The notes: a model not told the origin generated them from the letters alone. Counted from the first letter of the stretch, positions 1 to 12,149 are shown. The stretch: 64,000 nucleotides of DNA from Prorocentrum cordatum (GCA_963575745.1 CAUYUJ010000026.1:248001-312000), one strand, 5' to 3'. A program made the numbers and translations.

Positions 1-3000
1 ACATCCGAGACCAGCTCGACGGCCACGAGCACCACTGAGTCGAGCAGCACGACGTTGACCAGCACAAGCGGCTCGAGCACCACTGAGTCGAGCACCATCA
101 CATTGACAAGCACCAGTGAGTCGAGCAGCACGACGTTGACCAGCACAACCGCGTCTAGCACCACCACGCTGACGAGCACTACAGACACAAGCAGCACGAC
201 GAGAAGCAGCACTACATCGATGACAAGCACCACCGAGACAAGTAGCACAACTGTCTCCAGCAGTACTTCGCTGTCCAGCACCAGCGAGACAAGCAGCGGG
301 ACGGAGACCAGTAGCACCACCCCGACCAGCACGACCCTGAGTAGCACCACAGTGTCCAGCACCACGTCAGCGACAAGCAGCACAACACTGACCAGCACCA
401 CGGAGTCGAGCACCTCGTCGTTGACCAGCACCACCGAGACAAGCAGCACGGCGACAAGCACCAGTGAGTCGAGCAGCACGACATTGACCAGCACAACCGG
501 CTCGAGCACGACAGGGTCGAGCACCATAACATTGACCAGCACCACGGAGACTAGCAAGACGGCGACGAGCACCACCGAGTCGAGTAGCACGACGTTGACA
601 AGCACAACTGCGTCTAGCACTACGGCGACAAGCACCAGTGAGTCGAGCAGCACGACATTGACCAGCACAACCGGCTCGAGCACGACAGGGTCGAGCACCA
701 TAACATTGACCAGCACCACGGAGACTAGCAAGACGGCGACGAGCACCACCGAGTCGAGTAGCACGACGTTGACAAGCACAACTGCGTCTAGCACTACCAC
801 GCTGACGAGCACTACAGACACAAGCAGCACGACGAGAAGCAGCACGACAAGCACTACCGGCACCAGTAGCACAACATTGAGCAGCACCTCGGCGTCAAGC
901 AGCACAACGCTGAGCAGCACCACGGTATCTAGCAGCACTGGATCAAGCACCATGTCGTTGACCAGCACCACCGAGACAAGCAGCACGGCGACAAGCACCA
1001 GTGGGTCGAGCAGCACGACGCTGACCAGCACAACTGGGTCCAGCACGACAGAGTCGAGCACCATAACATTGACCAGCACCACCGAGACCAGCAAGACGGC
1101 CACGAGCACCTCTGAGTCGAGCAGCACGACGTTGACCAGCACAACCGCGTCTAGCACTACCACGCTGACGAGTACTACAGACACTAGCAGCACGACGAGA
1201 AGTAGCACGACAAGTTCTACCGGCACCAGTAGCACAACATTGAGCAGCACCTCTGCGTCAAGCAGCACAACGTTGAGCAGCACCACGGTATCTAGCAGCA
1301 CTGGATCGAGCACCACGTCGTTGACCAGCTCCACCGAGACTAGCAGGACGGCGACAAGCACCAGCGATTCGAGCAGCACGACGCTCACCAGCACAACCCG
1401 CTCGAGCACGACAGTTTCAAGCAGCACGTCATTGACGAGCACCACCGAGACTAGCACGACGGCGACAAGCACCAGCGAGTCGAGCAGCACGACGTTGACA
1501 AGTACAACCGCGTCTAGCACCACCACGCTGACGAGCACTACAGACACAAGCAGCACGACGAGAAGCAGCACTACATCGATGACAAGCACCACCGAGACAA
1601 GTAGCACAACTGTCTCCAGCAGTACTTCGCTGTCCAGCACCAGCGAGACAAGCAGCGGGACGGAGACCAGTAGCACCACCCCGACCAGCACGACCCTCAG
1701 TAGCACCACAGAGTCCAGCACCACGTCAGCGACAAGCAGCACGACCCTGACCAGCACTACGGAGTCGAGCACCACGTCAGGGCATACCACTACCGAGACA
1801 AGCAGTACTGCGTCGAGCAGCACGACATTCAGCAGCATCACGGGATCGAGCAGCACCACGTTGACCAGCACCACCGATTCGAGTAGCACGACGTTGACCA
1901 GCACAACCGCGTCCAGCACTACCACGCTGACGAGCACTACAGACACAAGCAGCACGACGAGAAGTAGCACGAGAAGCACTACTGGTACCAGTAGCACAAC
2001 ATTGAGCAGCACCTCTGCGTCAAGCAGCACAACGTTGAGCAGCACCACGGTATCTAGCAGCACTGGATCAAGCATCACGTCGGCGACGAGTACTACAATG
2101 ACAAGCCGCACGTTGACCAGCACCAGTGAGTCGAGCAGCACGACATTGACCAGCACAACTGGCTCCAGCACGACAGGGTCGAGCACCATAACATTGACGA
2201 GCACCACCGAGACTAGCAAGACGGCGACGAGCACCACGGAGTCGAGTAGCACGACGATGACCAGTACATCAGCGTCGAGCATTACAGTGTCTAGCAGCAC
2301 ATCGTTGACGAGCACTACTGAGACCAGCCAGACGTCGACAAGCACCAGCGATTCGAGCAGCATGACGTTGTCCAGCTCCACAGAGTCAGACACCAGATCG
2401 TTGACGAGCACTACTGGGACGAGCAGCACGTCGTTAAGTAGCACCACGAGGACGAGCAGCGCATCGCTGACCAGCAGTACTGGAACGTCGAGCACGACCC
2501 TAAGCAGCACCACGGAGTCGAGCACCACGTCAGTGCATACCACTACCGAGACAAGCAGCAGTGCGACGAGCAGCACGACGTTCAGCAGCATCACGGGATC
2601 GAGCAGCACCACGTTGACCAGCACCACCGAGACAAGTAGGACGGCGACAAGCATCAGTGGGTCGAGCAGCGCGACATTGACCAGCACAACTGGCTCCAGC
2701 ACGACAGGGTCTAGCAGCACAACATTGACCAGCACTACCGAGACTAGCCAGACGTCGACAAGCAGCAGCGATTCGAGCAGCACGACGCTGTCCAGTACAA
2801 CCGCGTCTAGCACCATCTCGCTGACAAGCACTACAAAGACAAGCAGCACGACGAGAAGTACCACTACGACAATGACAAGCACTACTGAGACAAGTAGCAG
2901 AACGATGACCATCAGCAGCACACTGACTGGTACGACCAAGACCAGTACTACGTCAGCAACAAGCAGCACCACCCTTCTCAGCACCACCGACTCTAGCACA

Positions 3001-3665
3001 ACAGTTTCGAGCAGCACATCGTTGACCAGCACCACTGGCACAAGCATGACGGCGACAAGCACTAGCGAGTCGAGCAGCACGACGTTAACCAGCAAGACAG
3101 CGTCGAGCAGCACATCATTGACCAGCAGTACCGAGACAAGCAGCAATACGTTCACCAGCAGCACAAGCTTTACCAGCGCGTCGTTAACAAGTACCACGGG
3201 AACCAGCACCAGCTCCCTCACGAGCAGTCGCACTATGTCCAGCACGACACTCAGCAGCACGACGCAATCCAGCACCAGCACAAGTGAAACGAGCACAACG
3301 ACGCTGAGCACTTCCACCGACTCGAGCACGTCGTCGCTCACCAGTACCACCACCAGCTCCATCACCGCCACGCTGACAAGCAGCACTACCTTGACCAGCA
3401 CGACTGAGACAAGCAGGTCAGGTACCAGCACCGTCTCGTTCACCAGCCATACAGAGACAAGCAGCACGACTCTCAGCAGCACATCTGGCTCAAGTAGTGT
3501 GACCCAGACCTCTTCGACAACCCTCACGAGCAGCACCGACACTAGCACAAATTCGTGGACAAGCTCGACGAGCGTAAGCGGCACAATCACCACGACAAGC
3601 TTGAGCTCCACGTCAACATCTTCGCTGATCAGCGCAACCGCGACAAGCAGCACATCCCTTTCAAG
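1..3665 (+). CDS. Large exon of a giant Ser/Thr-rich repeat protein (mucin/adhesin-like); 5' incomplete
   Basis: Frame 1 is open from base 1. About 1220 codons of ~11-aa S/T units (e.g. SSTTLTSTTET) with varied synonymous codons, so not a simple DNA repeat. S/T coding stops abruptly at TCAAG|GCCTT, a candidate GC donor at 3666 (phase 2). Confidence 0.85.
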
Positions 3666-4302
3666 GCCTTATTTTCGATTTTGTTCGCTTGCTGTTGTCC
3701 CACATTCGAAGTGCGGTTGCGCTCCCAAGTGTCTCCGCACGGGGAGTCCATGACAATCTCCTCGTCACGCTTGCTTCGTCGAGGTTTGAAGGCCCCTCGG
3801 GTTCTGAGCGCGTTGCAGTGAGACTCTGCTCACTGTGAGGCCATTGGCCCGTCAGAGAAGCACAACCTGAGAAGAAGGGGAGCTGTCAAGGGAGAGAGGG
3901 TGAATGAGACTGGGAGCAAGCGCCCCTCCGGCCCGTCACGACTAGAGGTTGCTCGTGAGTGCAGGCCGGCGCCGTTGCAGAACTGGGGCAGACATCACGG
4001 CGGGGAGAACAGCTTGGACGGACTCTTACTTGCCCCCCTCTCCTGAGCCTTCCCCTTCTTCCTCTTGGCATCGCTCAGACGTGTGCATTCTTCCTCGGTG
4101 AGCACTATCGAGGATCATCCTGGATCATCTCGCGAATCATACAAGCAGGAAGCCGAAGCATGCACAGTGAGTTAACGTCCGAGCGACTGCAAGTCCTTTG
4201 ACGCTTACACAATAGACATGATATCTCTTCCCTGGCTGCGTCCTGGACGAGTCCCGCCCTCTTCTTGCATTTCACGCTTGTCTATTCGAGGCGCTTGGGT
4301 GT

Positions 4303-4590
4303 CTCAAAACGGCGCTCCCGCTACAGCATTGGAAGCGTTGGCCTCATTTTAGGATCGGTGCTTTGCTCCCGTCATTCCGAGTGGAGGTCTCGCTCAAGCG
4401 CGAGTCGCATTTGTGGATCCGAATTCATCCGCGTCATTTTCGCCCCCTCAAAACGGCGCTCCCGCTACAGCATTGGAAGCGTTGGCCTCATTTTAGGATC
4501 GGTGCTTTGCTCCCGTCATTCCGAGTGGAGGTCTCGCTCAAGCGCGAGTCGCATTTGTGGATCCGAATTCATCCGCGTCATTTTCGCCCC
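4303..4590. repeat. Perfect tandem duplication of a 144-bp unit
   Basis: 4303-4446 is repeated at 4447-4590 (ctcaaaacggcgct...ttttcgcccc). Confidence 0.9.
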
Positions 4591-4994
4591 GCTTCCTTCC
4601 TCCGCCTCCAGCCACTCGTCCTCCTCTGCTGTACTGTTTCGTTGCTATTTCCATGGCTCGGACGAAGCTAAAGAAAAGACAGCCATTACCCATTCAAGGC
4701 GCCCTAACGTCGGCAAAGGTGAAGAGGCGGGTCGAGGAGTAGGAAAACCATTGCGGGGAAGCACTGAGAAAGAAAGGATGCAGCCGAGACTGGGATGAGA
4801 GCACGGCCACGTGCATTTTAGTCGGAGGATGGGGTGCGAGATCGCAGTGGAATGGAGAGCCCCCCACCAAGAAATCGATTTCGGTTTCGTGTTCGTGTCG
4901 GGCGTGCGGGCGAGGCGAAGCTGCGAGGAATGATGCCGCCGTGGCTAGGGGCCGTGGAGCCGTTTGACAGTTCCCCCCCTCCCAGAAGCGCGGG

Positions 4995-5252
4995 GGCCCG
5001 GGGTGTCCCGCCGGTGGCGGAGGGGTGCCCCGTCGGTGGTGCGGGGGTGCCCCGCCGGTGGCGCAGGGGTGCCCCGTCGGTGGTGCGGGGTGCCCCGTCC
5101 CTGGCGGCGGGTGCCCCGTCGGTGGCGCGGTGGTGAGATCGATAGCGAGATCGATAGTACGATCGATAGCAAGATCGATAGTCATATCGATAATGAGGTC
5201 AATCGGGAGATCGATAATGAGTTCTGGAGGGAGGTCGATTGTGATATCGATA
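4995..5252. repeat. Adjacent minisatellites (~22-bp GGGGTGCCCCG(T/C)CGGTGG unit; 12-bp GATCGATAG-based unit)
   Basis: Units are directly visible at about 4995-5130 and 5135-5252. Confidence 0.8.
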
Positions 5253-5379
5253 GTGAGAGCTGCGCATGTGCGGTTTTGCGGTAGAGCCTGCGTGGTGCTC
5301 TGCAGTGCCCAGTGGAGTTGCGATTGCGCGCGAGCGTTTCGAAGGCGCGCGTTCGCCAAGCCCTCATGGCCAGGAGGTC

Positions 5380-6500
5380 CGTTCCAGCGTGCTTGGTTTC
5401 ACCGTGGGCGAGTTTGAGGAACCAGTGGCAGCGCTGACGGACCACGAGGAATTGTTTCCGTATTAGCGCATCCGCTGGTTCAGGTTTACACGATTCTTCG
5501 CACAGGTCAGCTCGCATACGTTGGCCACGTGTGCTACTTCCGGCCGAAGGTGGGCAAGTTCCTTTGCAGCCTGCCAGTCGCGACGGTTGACATGCCGGCG
5601 GTGCACGTCCGCCCGCGGAAACGCAAGGGGACGCCAACAGGCCGTGCGTTTTTCAAAGATGACGCCGCAAGGCTGAAAGAGGCATTCCGCTGGCTGAAGG
5701 CGAACAATCTGCATCATGCTGGCATTGATTGGCAAGAGGACGCTGCGGCGGCGTAGTCCGATGGCCGATGGCGACTCTGAAGTGGGAACCACAAGAGAAG
5801 CCGAAGATGATGTCTCTCACGCACAGCCTGCGACTCCGACTTGCTTCGCGCAGTGGATGGATCGCGCCAGAGTGGAAGCCGCAGCGGGGGATTTCGGGTA
5901 CGCCATCGGGAAGCGAGTGCGGGAGGGGGTCCTTGACGAGGAGTCTGTGCATGAGCCAGTCTCTGACAGCTCGGCGCGCTCCGTTGTGTGGACGCGCATC
6001 CGGCGCATTGTTGCTGATGGTTTCGACAGGAATGCTCATCGTATGGCCACCGCACTTCCACTGGATGCCCTTGCAGTTGCCTTGGCTGCGGGCGGTGTCC
6101 TTGACCTCGGACTGGACTGCGACAGAAATGGATATGGCTATCGCGCTCCGCACACTCGATCCAAGCGATTATCCATAGGATTTGCATGCATTCCGCGCTG
6201 AGCTGGATGCAACAATGCGTGAGGAGTACAGCGAAGATCCACAGATAGTTCATGCAGGCGCCACTGTGTTTGTCGATGCGGGGGGCGACTTGGGTCTGCG
6301 CGAGGGCGTCGTAGGTGCATTCGCAGCTGCAGAACGCGATGTCAACGGAGGGCCGTCTGGCGAGCCAGCTTTGCCGATGAGGACGCGCCAGGCTCTGCTA
6401 GCGTGGCCCCCGGCGCGGCGCCGCTGGCTATCGACATGCAGCAGCCGCTGGGAATGCGAATCAAGTTCCCGAGCGTGGATCCGCCTGAAGTGCTGGGCGG
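5380..6500 (+). pseudogene. Decayed Helitron RepHel-associated coding region (DUF6570-like)
   Basis: Across a frameshift it reads LTDHEE/LAHPLVQVYT..GQLAYVGHVCYF..SLP..VRPR..LKEAFRWLKANN. This matches from memory the Helitron N-terminal DUF6570 pattern (EE..HP..QVY..GH...WLK.NN). Contains stops and frameshifts. Confidence 0.6.
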
Positions 6501-6519
6501 GGCAAGCGCATGCGAACTT

Positions 6520-7620
6520 TGCCATGGGGTCCGTGGGTGGAGCTCTTTCTGGATCACGAAGCGCTGGATACATGTGAACTGGTCAAGTGGGACCGTCGGT
6601 GGAGCTCCATTAAAAAGGCACGAAGCGCTGTACTGGGTGGTGGGGGCGCATGTGAACGATTCCACTGGGGCCTGCGGTGGAGCGACCTATGGGCCACGAA
6701 ACGCTGTACTGGGTGGGAGAAACGCATGTGGTCGTTGCTATTGGGGCCTTCGGTGGAGCTCCCTACGGGGCCACGAAGCGGTGTACAAGGTGGGTGAGAC
6801 GCATGTGGACGGTGTCATTGAGACTTCTAGTGGAGCTCGAAGCTCCCTATGGGGCCGCGAAGCGCTGTATTGGGTGGGGGAGGCGCATGTGAAAAAAGGG
6901 TCCACTGGGGCCTTCGCTGGCGCTCCTTATGGTGCCACGAAGCGCTGTATTGAGCGTGGGGGACGCATGCGAGGGCAACCATTGGGGACCCCCGTGGAGC
7001 TATGGGGCCACGAAGCGCTGCACTGGGTCGGGGCGACGCATGCGAGTGCAGCCATTGGGGCTTTCGGCTCAGCTTCCTATGGCGCCACGAAGCGCTGTAC
7101 TGGGAAGGGGGAGACGCGCACAAGTGCAACCACTGGGGACTTCGGTGGAGCTCCCTATGAGGCCGCGAAACGCTTTACTGGGCGGGGGGGTATGCCAGCG
7201 CAGCCACTGGGGCCTTCGTTCGAGCTCCCTATGGGGCCACGAGACTCTGTGCTGGGTGGGGGAGGCGCGCGCGAGTGCAGCCAGTGGGGCCTTCGGTCGA
7301 GCTCACTATGGGGCCACGAAGCGCTGCACTGGGTCGGGAAAGCGCCTGTGAATGCAGCCACTGGGGCTTTTGGTGTTCCCCATGGTGCCACGAAGCGCTG
7401 TATTGGGTGTGGGAGACGCGCGCGGGTGCATCCACTGGGGCCTTCGGTGGAGCTCTCCGTGAGGCCGCGAAACGCTGTGCTGGGCTTTGGGGGCGCATGC
7501 GAGTGCAGCCACTGGAGCCTTTGGCCGAGCTTCCTATAGGGCCACGAAACGCTGTACAAGGTGGGGGAGGCGCATGCAAGTGCAGCCGCCCGCTGGGGCC
7601 TTCGGTGGAGCTTCCTGTGG
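6520..7620. repeat. ~80-bp tandem satellite (ggccacgaagcgctgtactgggtggggg...cactggggccttcggtggagctccctatgg), about 13-14 diverged copies
   Basis: The unit recurs visibly; the ORFs here (GATKRC/GHEAL repeats) are artefacts. Confidence 0.9.
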
Positions 7621-7867
7621 GGGGGGGGAGGAGGGACGAGCGGAAGGAGGAGGCGGGGGAGGGAGGGACGCGGGGCGCTGTCTCTTCAAAACGTGGACCC
7701 ACCAGCACAGGACGGTTGGGAAGTAGGTCTCTTGCCGCCGCCTCTCGCAGTGGGAGCCGGCGTCGGCAGCGGGGTTGAGGGCAGTGGCTCCTCCCGTGTA
7801 AGCCTTCCGCAGGGGAGAGGTTGACAAGCAGCAGCTGTAGACAGCAGCCATGCGAGCCCCTGGACCC

Positions 7868-7880
7868 ACACACACAAACA

Positions 7881-7929
<49 letters not shown>
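7868..7929. repeat. (CA)n microsatellite
   Basis: Direct reading. Confidence 0.95.
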
Positions 7930-7931
<2 letters not shown>

Positions 7932-9486
7932 GCGCAGCTTACTCGTTGGCGGTCGCGGCCTCGCGCGCAGCGTGGAGACGGAGTAACGTCGCAGCTTGTG
8001 CGCACGCGGCCTTGCCTTCAGGAGAGATCGCTGAGAATCCCGTTCATGCCCGCAGCAGCAAATCATCTGGGCGTGCATGGCAGGGGATTGGCACGCCGCC
8101 CAACGCTGGACGCACAAGACACGCACTAAAACTCGAAATCACCATGTTCTCACTGCTGAGGGAGTGTCAGGATCTGGACATAATACCCCGAACCTGGGAG
8201 ATATGCCTCGACAGGCGGGTCAAGAGTCAAGACGATGGCGCCCCTTCACTGCCTTGAACCTGCTTTCCTGTATGTCGTGGAAGCTCTTGGCGGTACTCTC
8301 CTCGCAAGAATCCCAGTAGGCGATGACCATGTCATTAACCACCGTACATCGGCCGGATGTGCGAGCTCCGCTTCACAATGGTGTCGGTAACTTGTTCCAG
8401 AAAACAGCTTGTCTTCATAGACTGCTGACTGTGCGGGTATGCATGTGTCACAGGTGTGTAGAGCATTCAGCGTTGAGTCCATCTGGGGTGCCATTTTCTG
8501 ATAGGCCTCCCCCTTCTCCGATTTCGGATCCGCCGTACTTTTGCGGACCTACAATGGTATCGGAAGTGCACGCCAGGAGATGCGCACACGTAAGGCGGAT
8601 AGTTTAGCACAAGCATGGCGGACACAGCGACGGCAAGGTGGGACGGACATCGACATCAAATGCGCTTGAGCAGTAGGGCGGGAATTTCTGCCCTACCTAC
8701 GACATCGCCAAAAGAACGGCGGATCCGAAGTCAGGGTGGTCTCCGAAGAGGCCCTAGCGGCTCTGCAGTGGTACTCGCCTTCCATGTCGCCACTGATGGG
8801 TGGGAGGGGTAGGACATCAGAAACATGGCCCGAGCGCACCTAGCTTGCCTCATTTACCTCATCCCCCCCTCTCATATCATCAACCTAGGCCTGCCACGGT
8901 GTTGCCGCCCGCTGCTGCCTTCGCGTACCTTTTCTGCAGCGACTTCGCGTCACACCAGGCAATCATTGGGCCTGGCGTGTTTGGGGGCCCCATCGCTGGC
9001 GTACATCCCACATACGAGGCTCAGAGTGAGGGATTCTTCTTCCAGCAGTGCTTTCGCCAAGGAGGCCCGTGCTGGGTTTTGGGGGTCGCCTGTGGCTTGA
9101 CGCTGGTCGCCAGGAGCCTCCTTTACCGAGGACCAGTCACGGGTAATGTGTTGTTCCGCATGTGTTCCAGATTTTGCTCCCTGCGTTTTGTACTTATCCG
9201 TGTTGTCGTGTCCAGAAACTGTCGGGCATAGGGCCCCGTTGGGCGACGCGCGGTGGAGATGGGCGTGCCACCGCAGACGCCCCCAACCGCCGCGCGCACA
9301 GAGGTCCGCGCAGGGCCCTCCGCCGACCTCCGACGTGCGCCAAGCCTGCCGCACGCTCCCCTGAGACGCCCTGCGCCACAGGGTTGCGGTGCGCACCGAC
9401 GGCTCCCCCAGGGAGCCCTTGCTGGCCTCAACAGGCCCCCGAGTGGTCCCAGCTGGCCCCAAGAGGCTCCCCGAGTAGTACACATT

Positions 9487-9650
9487 GTTCATTTTTAATT
9501 ATTCGGAATCTCTTTGATTTCTTGGGGGGCCAATATCCTTTTTCTAATTGTTCTATCCTGAGCCTCTTCCTGGCCACTAAGGGGCCAGGAACAATCAGAA
9601 ACGAGCACGATTAGAAACGAGCACGGTTAGAAATGAACGACGTGTGGTCA
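9487..9650 (+). repeat. Dispersed ~165-bp repeat (second copy about 25815-25982) with a TTCCTGGCC..GGCCAGGAA hairpin
   Basis: The two copies align by eye (tgttctatcctg.gcctcttcctggccacta.ggggccaggaacaat..gaaacgagcac...aatgaacgacgtgt). Confidence 0.8.
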
Positions 9651-9892
9651 GGAGCAGTCTCAGCACCATGGCGCCGCCTCTGGCGGCGCCCACTGGGCGC
9701 CAGGGTTGAGGTGCTGAGACTGGCCCGGGCTTCCCGGGGGGCCTGCGGAGGCCAGCCGGATTGCCTGGGGGTGGGGCTATCTTTGCGCAGCCCGGAGCTT
9801 TTCCACTTCTGTGCCCGTCTGTCTCCGCGGGGCTCCACCTGGTACTTGGTTCGTCGCCTGCTGCGCGCGCGCGGCCAAAGAGCCCTCTGCAG

Positions 9893-9928
9893 CACAACGG
9901 CCACGAGCACCTCAGCCTCGAGCACGCG
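9893..9928 (+). CDS. Predicted micro-exon 2 of the S/T protein ((S)TTATSTSASST(R))
   Basis: ctgcAG|C acceptor and CG|GC donor. Completes the AG left by exon 1 as AGC (Ser); phase 2 in and out. Confidence 0.55.
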
Positions 9929-10896
9929 GCCTTGCGCTCGGCCGCAGCAGGAGGAACAGGTAGCAGCAGCAGCAGCCGTCCTGTGACAGTAATGCTGGTG
10001 TAAGCCAGACCATTTCGTGTCGTGGAAAAAATCTCAAGACGGATATGTGTGTATGTGTGTATGGGTGTGTTCAGCTATTTTCGGCCTTTGGGGGCCTTCG
10101 CCGGGCCCCAGGACCGTCAAGCTAGTCCCAGGAAATGGGTTAAGACCTCTTGAGGTCGACGTTGTTAGACAACCACACAGTCGTGGGAGGAAACTTGCGT
10201 ACGCGCAGGTTTTCGTTGAACAGGGCGTTCTCGAGATGCAGGGCTCGGGGAGCAGTGGGCTTGGGTGCAGTTGGCCTCAGGGGGGAGGGGGGGGGAGCGA
10301 TGCGTCGCCATGGAGCATATGGGCTCTGAACACTCATATAATAGGAGATCTAGGCCTAAGGTTTCTTCGCCGCCACGAGCCCTGGGACGGTCAAGAAACA
10401 GTCCTGTCTGGAGGCCGAACGCGACCAAAAATCTCGCATTGCATGTTTTACGTCAAGGTGGTGTTTTTTTCGGTCATGCCTCTGGCAGCCGTTCGGGATC
10501 ACTCGGGCCCCTCCCGCGAACGCTCCCGGCTCTTCGTGGTTGTTGGGTTGTTGAAAAGTCCCAGAGGTTGGCACGCCTCCAGTAGCCGACGCACATTGCA
10601 GAGGCGACGATATGGGCGAATAGCCCAGGGAGAGCAATACGTGTATCCAGGGGCGCCGTGCATTGCCCGCCCCTGGGTTATTCGCCCTTGTTGTCGCCGC
10701 CGAACATCGTGATCTTCCTCTCGGAGCCGTGGCGTTCTTCCTCGGCGCCAGGAGGCCTCCTGTGGCAGCGTCAGGGGGGGGGGCAGGCTCAGGGGTGGAC
10801 GCGTCGGCCCCACATCGCCCACTGGTCGCCGGTAGGGGCCCTGGTAGCCCAACACGCTCAGGATGGAGGGCTTTCCCGAAGGGCTCAGGCGACCCG

Positions 10897-10937
10897 TCCT
10901 CCTCCTCCTCCTCCTCCTCCTCCTCCTCCTCCTCCTC
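10897..10937 (+). repeat. (TCC)13TC tract: 5' target site of the LINE
   Basis: Abuts the SL. Its last 29 nt equal 17511-17539. Confidence 0.9.
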
Positions 10938-10989
10938 TCCGTAGCCATTTTGGCTCAAGCCATTTTGGCTCAAGCCGTTCTGGCCCAGG
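10938..10989 (+). other. Dinoflagellate spliced leader (22 nt) plus two relict 15-nt SL copies
   Basis: TCCGTAGCCATTTTGGCTCAAG (10938-10959) matches DCCGTAGCCATTTTGGCTCAAG. CCATTTTGGCTCAAG (10960-10974) is perfect. CCGTTCTGGCCCAGG (10975-10989) matches 11/15. Confidence 0.97.
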
Positions 10990-11084
10990 TGATTTGGGCT
11001 TGCTAGCGTATACTTCAGAACGGCACACTGCGCTAGCGGGTCAAGTGGCTCGTTCAGACTGTAGCATCGTTCGCGGCGTCTCCC

Positions 11085-12149
11085 ATGGGACCAAAGCAGC
11101 ATGAGATCATCGGTGCGAAATGTCTCTCGTGTGGTGCTGCGAAGTGCAACAAACCGTGGTACAAATGGTGTGCGAATTGTTGGGCCCCCATTCCGCACGT
11201 TTCCCCTGGCGCTCCTCGCGATCCTGGGGGTGTGTGGCAAAGTGGCCCAGCAGTTCCAGGCCCAAAAGGTTCTCACAAAGGTCAAGGACCCAAAGGTGGT
11301 GGACGTGGCAAAGGCGGGTTTGGGAGTGGCGGAGGCGGCGGCGTCGGGGGAGGACCTTGTGGTCGTGGAGGCGCTTTGGCTCATCCTGCGGACCCGTCGT
11401 CCCTCCTCGCCCAGCTTCAGCTGCTCATGGGTCAGCTCAAGGACGATTTCCCAGAGCGTGCAGCAGTGGCCAGCTCCATCGCGGCGTCGGCTTCAGCCAT
11501 CCGTTCCCAGCAGTCTGAAGCTCGTCCCCTTCGGCAGCAGGCATCTGAGGCTCAGCAGGCTCTTGACAAGAATGTTCGCGCCCTCAACTCGCTCGACTCC
11601 CAGATCGCAGACACCGAGTCGCGCATGGCGGAGCTCAAGGAGAAGAGGGCGGAGACCGCAACCCAGCAGGTACAGCTCAAGGCCAGGTACCTGGAGCTGG
11701 CGGCCAAGGTGGCCGACCTCCCGCCCCCGCCGCAGGCGGAGCTCCAGGGGCATTTGTCCAATTTCGACAGCGTGCTGGAGTCTGGCGACCTGGCCGCAAT
11801 TCGTGAGGGCTGGGCCAAACTCAAGACCAGCTGCCAATCCGTTGCCCAGAAGGAAGCCGCAGGCAGTGGAGCTGCTCCTGCTGCTTCTGACAGTGGTGGG
11901 GGGACGGGTGGTGAGGCGGGGGTGGAGACGGGTGTACCCACTCACTCTGATGAAGCAATGCCTCAGGTCGAGGCTGCGGACTCAGAAGCTTTCCAGAAAT
12001 TTTTACATGAATGGCAGCAGGCACAGTCGGAGGAAGTCTCGAGTGAGTCGAGGCAGCGCGTCTCGACTTTCATCGAGGCAGCGGCCAAGCGTGCCAAGAC
12101 GACGGCCGCCACTCCTACCGAGGCTCCTGCTCCTCGGACTCCTTCCTAG
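11085..12149 (+). CDS. LINE ORF1 (354 aa): RanBP2-like C4 zinc finger, G/K-rich linker, coiled coil
   Basis: First ATG after the SL. CLSC-x5-N-x6-CANC; KGxGxKG repeats; heptad-like A/Q/E/L segment. Confidence 0.85.
   Translation: MGPKQHEIIGAKCLSCGAAKCNKPWYKWCANCWAPIPHVSPGAPRDPGGVWQSGPAVPGPKGSHKGQGPKGGGRGKGGFGSGGGGGVGGGPCGRGGALAHPADPSSLLAQLQLLMGQLKDDFPERAAVASSIAASASAIRSQQSEARPLRQQASEAQQALDKNVRALNSLDSQIADTESRMAELKEKRAETATQQVQLKARYLELAAKVADLPPPPQAELQGHLSNFDSVLESGDLAAIREGWAKLKTSCQSVAQKEAAGSGAAPAASDSGGGTGGEAGVETGVPTHSDEAMPQVEAADSEAFQKFLHEWQQAQSEEVSSESRQRVSTFIEAAAKRAKTTAATPTEAPAPRTPS

Noticed and set aside
3666..3753. Cys-rich C-terminus of the 1232-aa ORF (RPYFRFC...)
   Set aside because: Composition breaks exactly at an AG|GC donor; most likely intron read-through.
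4653..4742. Histone H3 gene
   Set aside because: Only MARTK matches; no histone fold and an early stop.
6520..7620. Regular arrays (also the 42-bp and 62-bp arrays) as CRISPR
   Set aside because: No unique spacers, whole units diverge together, no cas genes, eukaryotic context.
10938..11000. SL RNA gene
   Set aside because: The SL exon is followed by another SL remnant rather than a GT donor and SL intron; it is a retroposed mRNA 5' end.
11101..12149. N-terminal half of the 705-aa ORF as a real protein
   Set aside because: R/S/P-rich shadow frame of ORF1 with no motifs; only the downstream APE part is supported.
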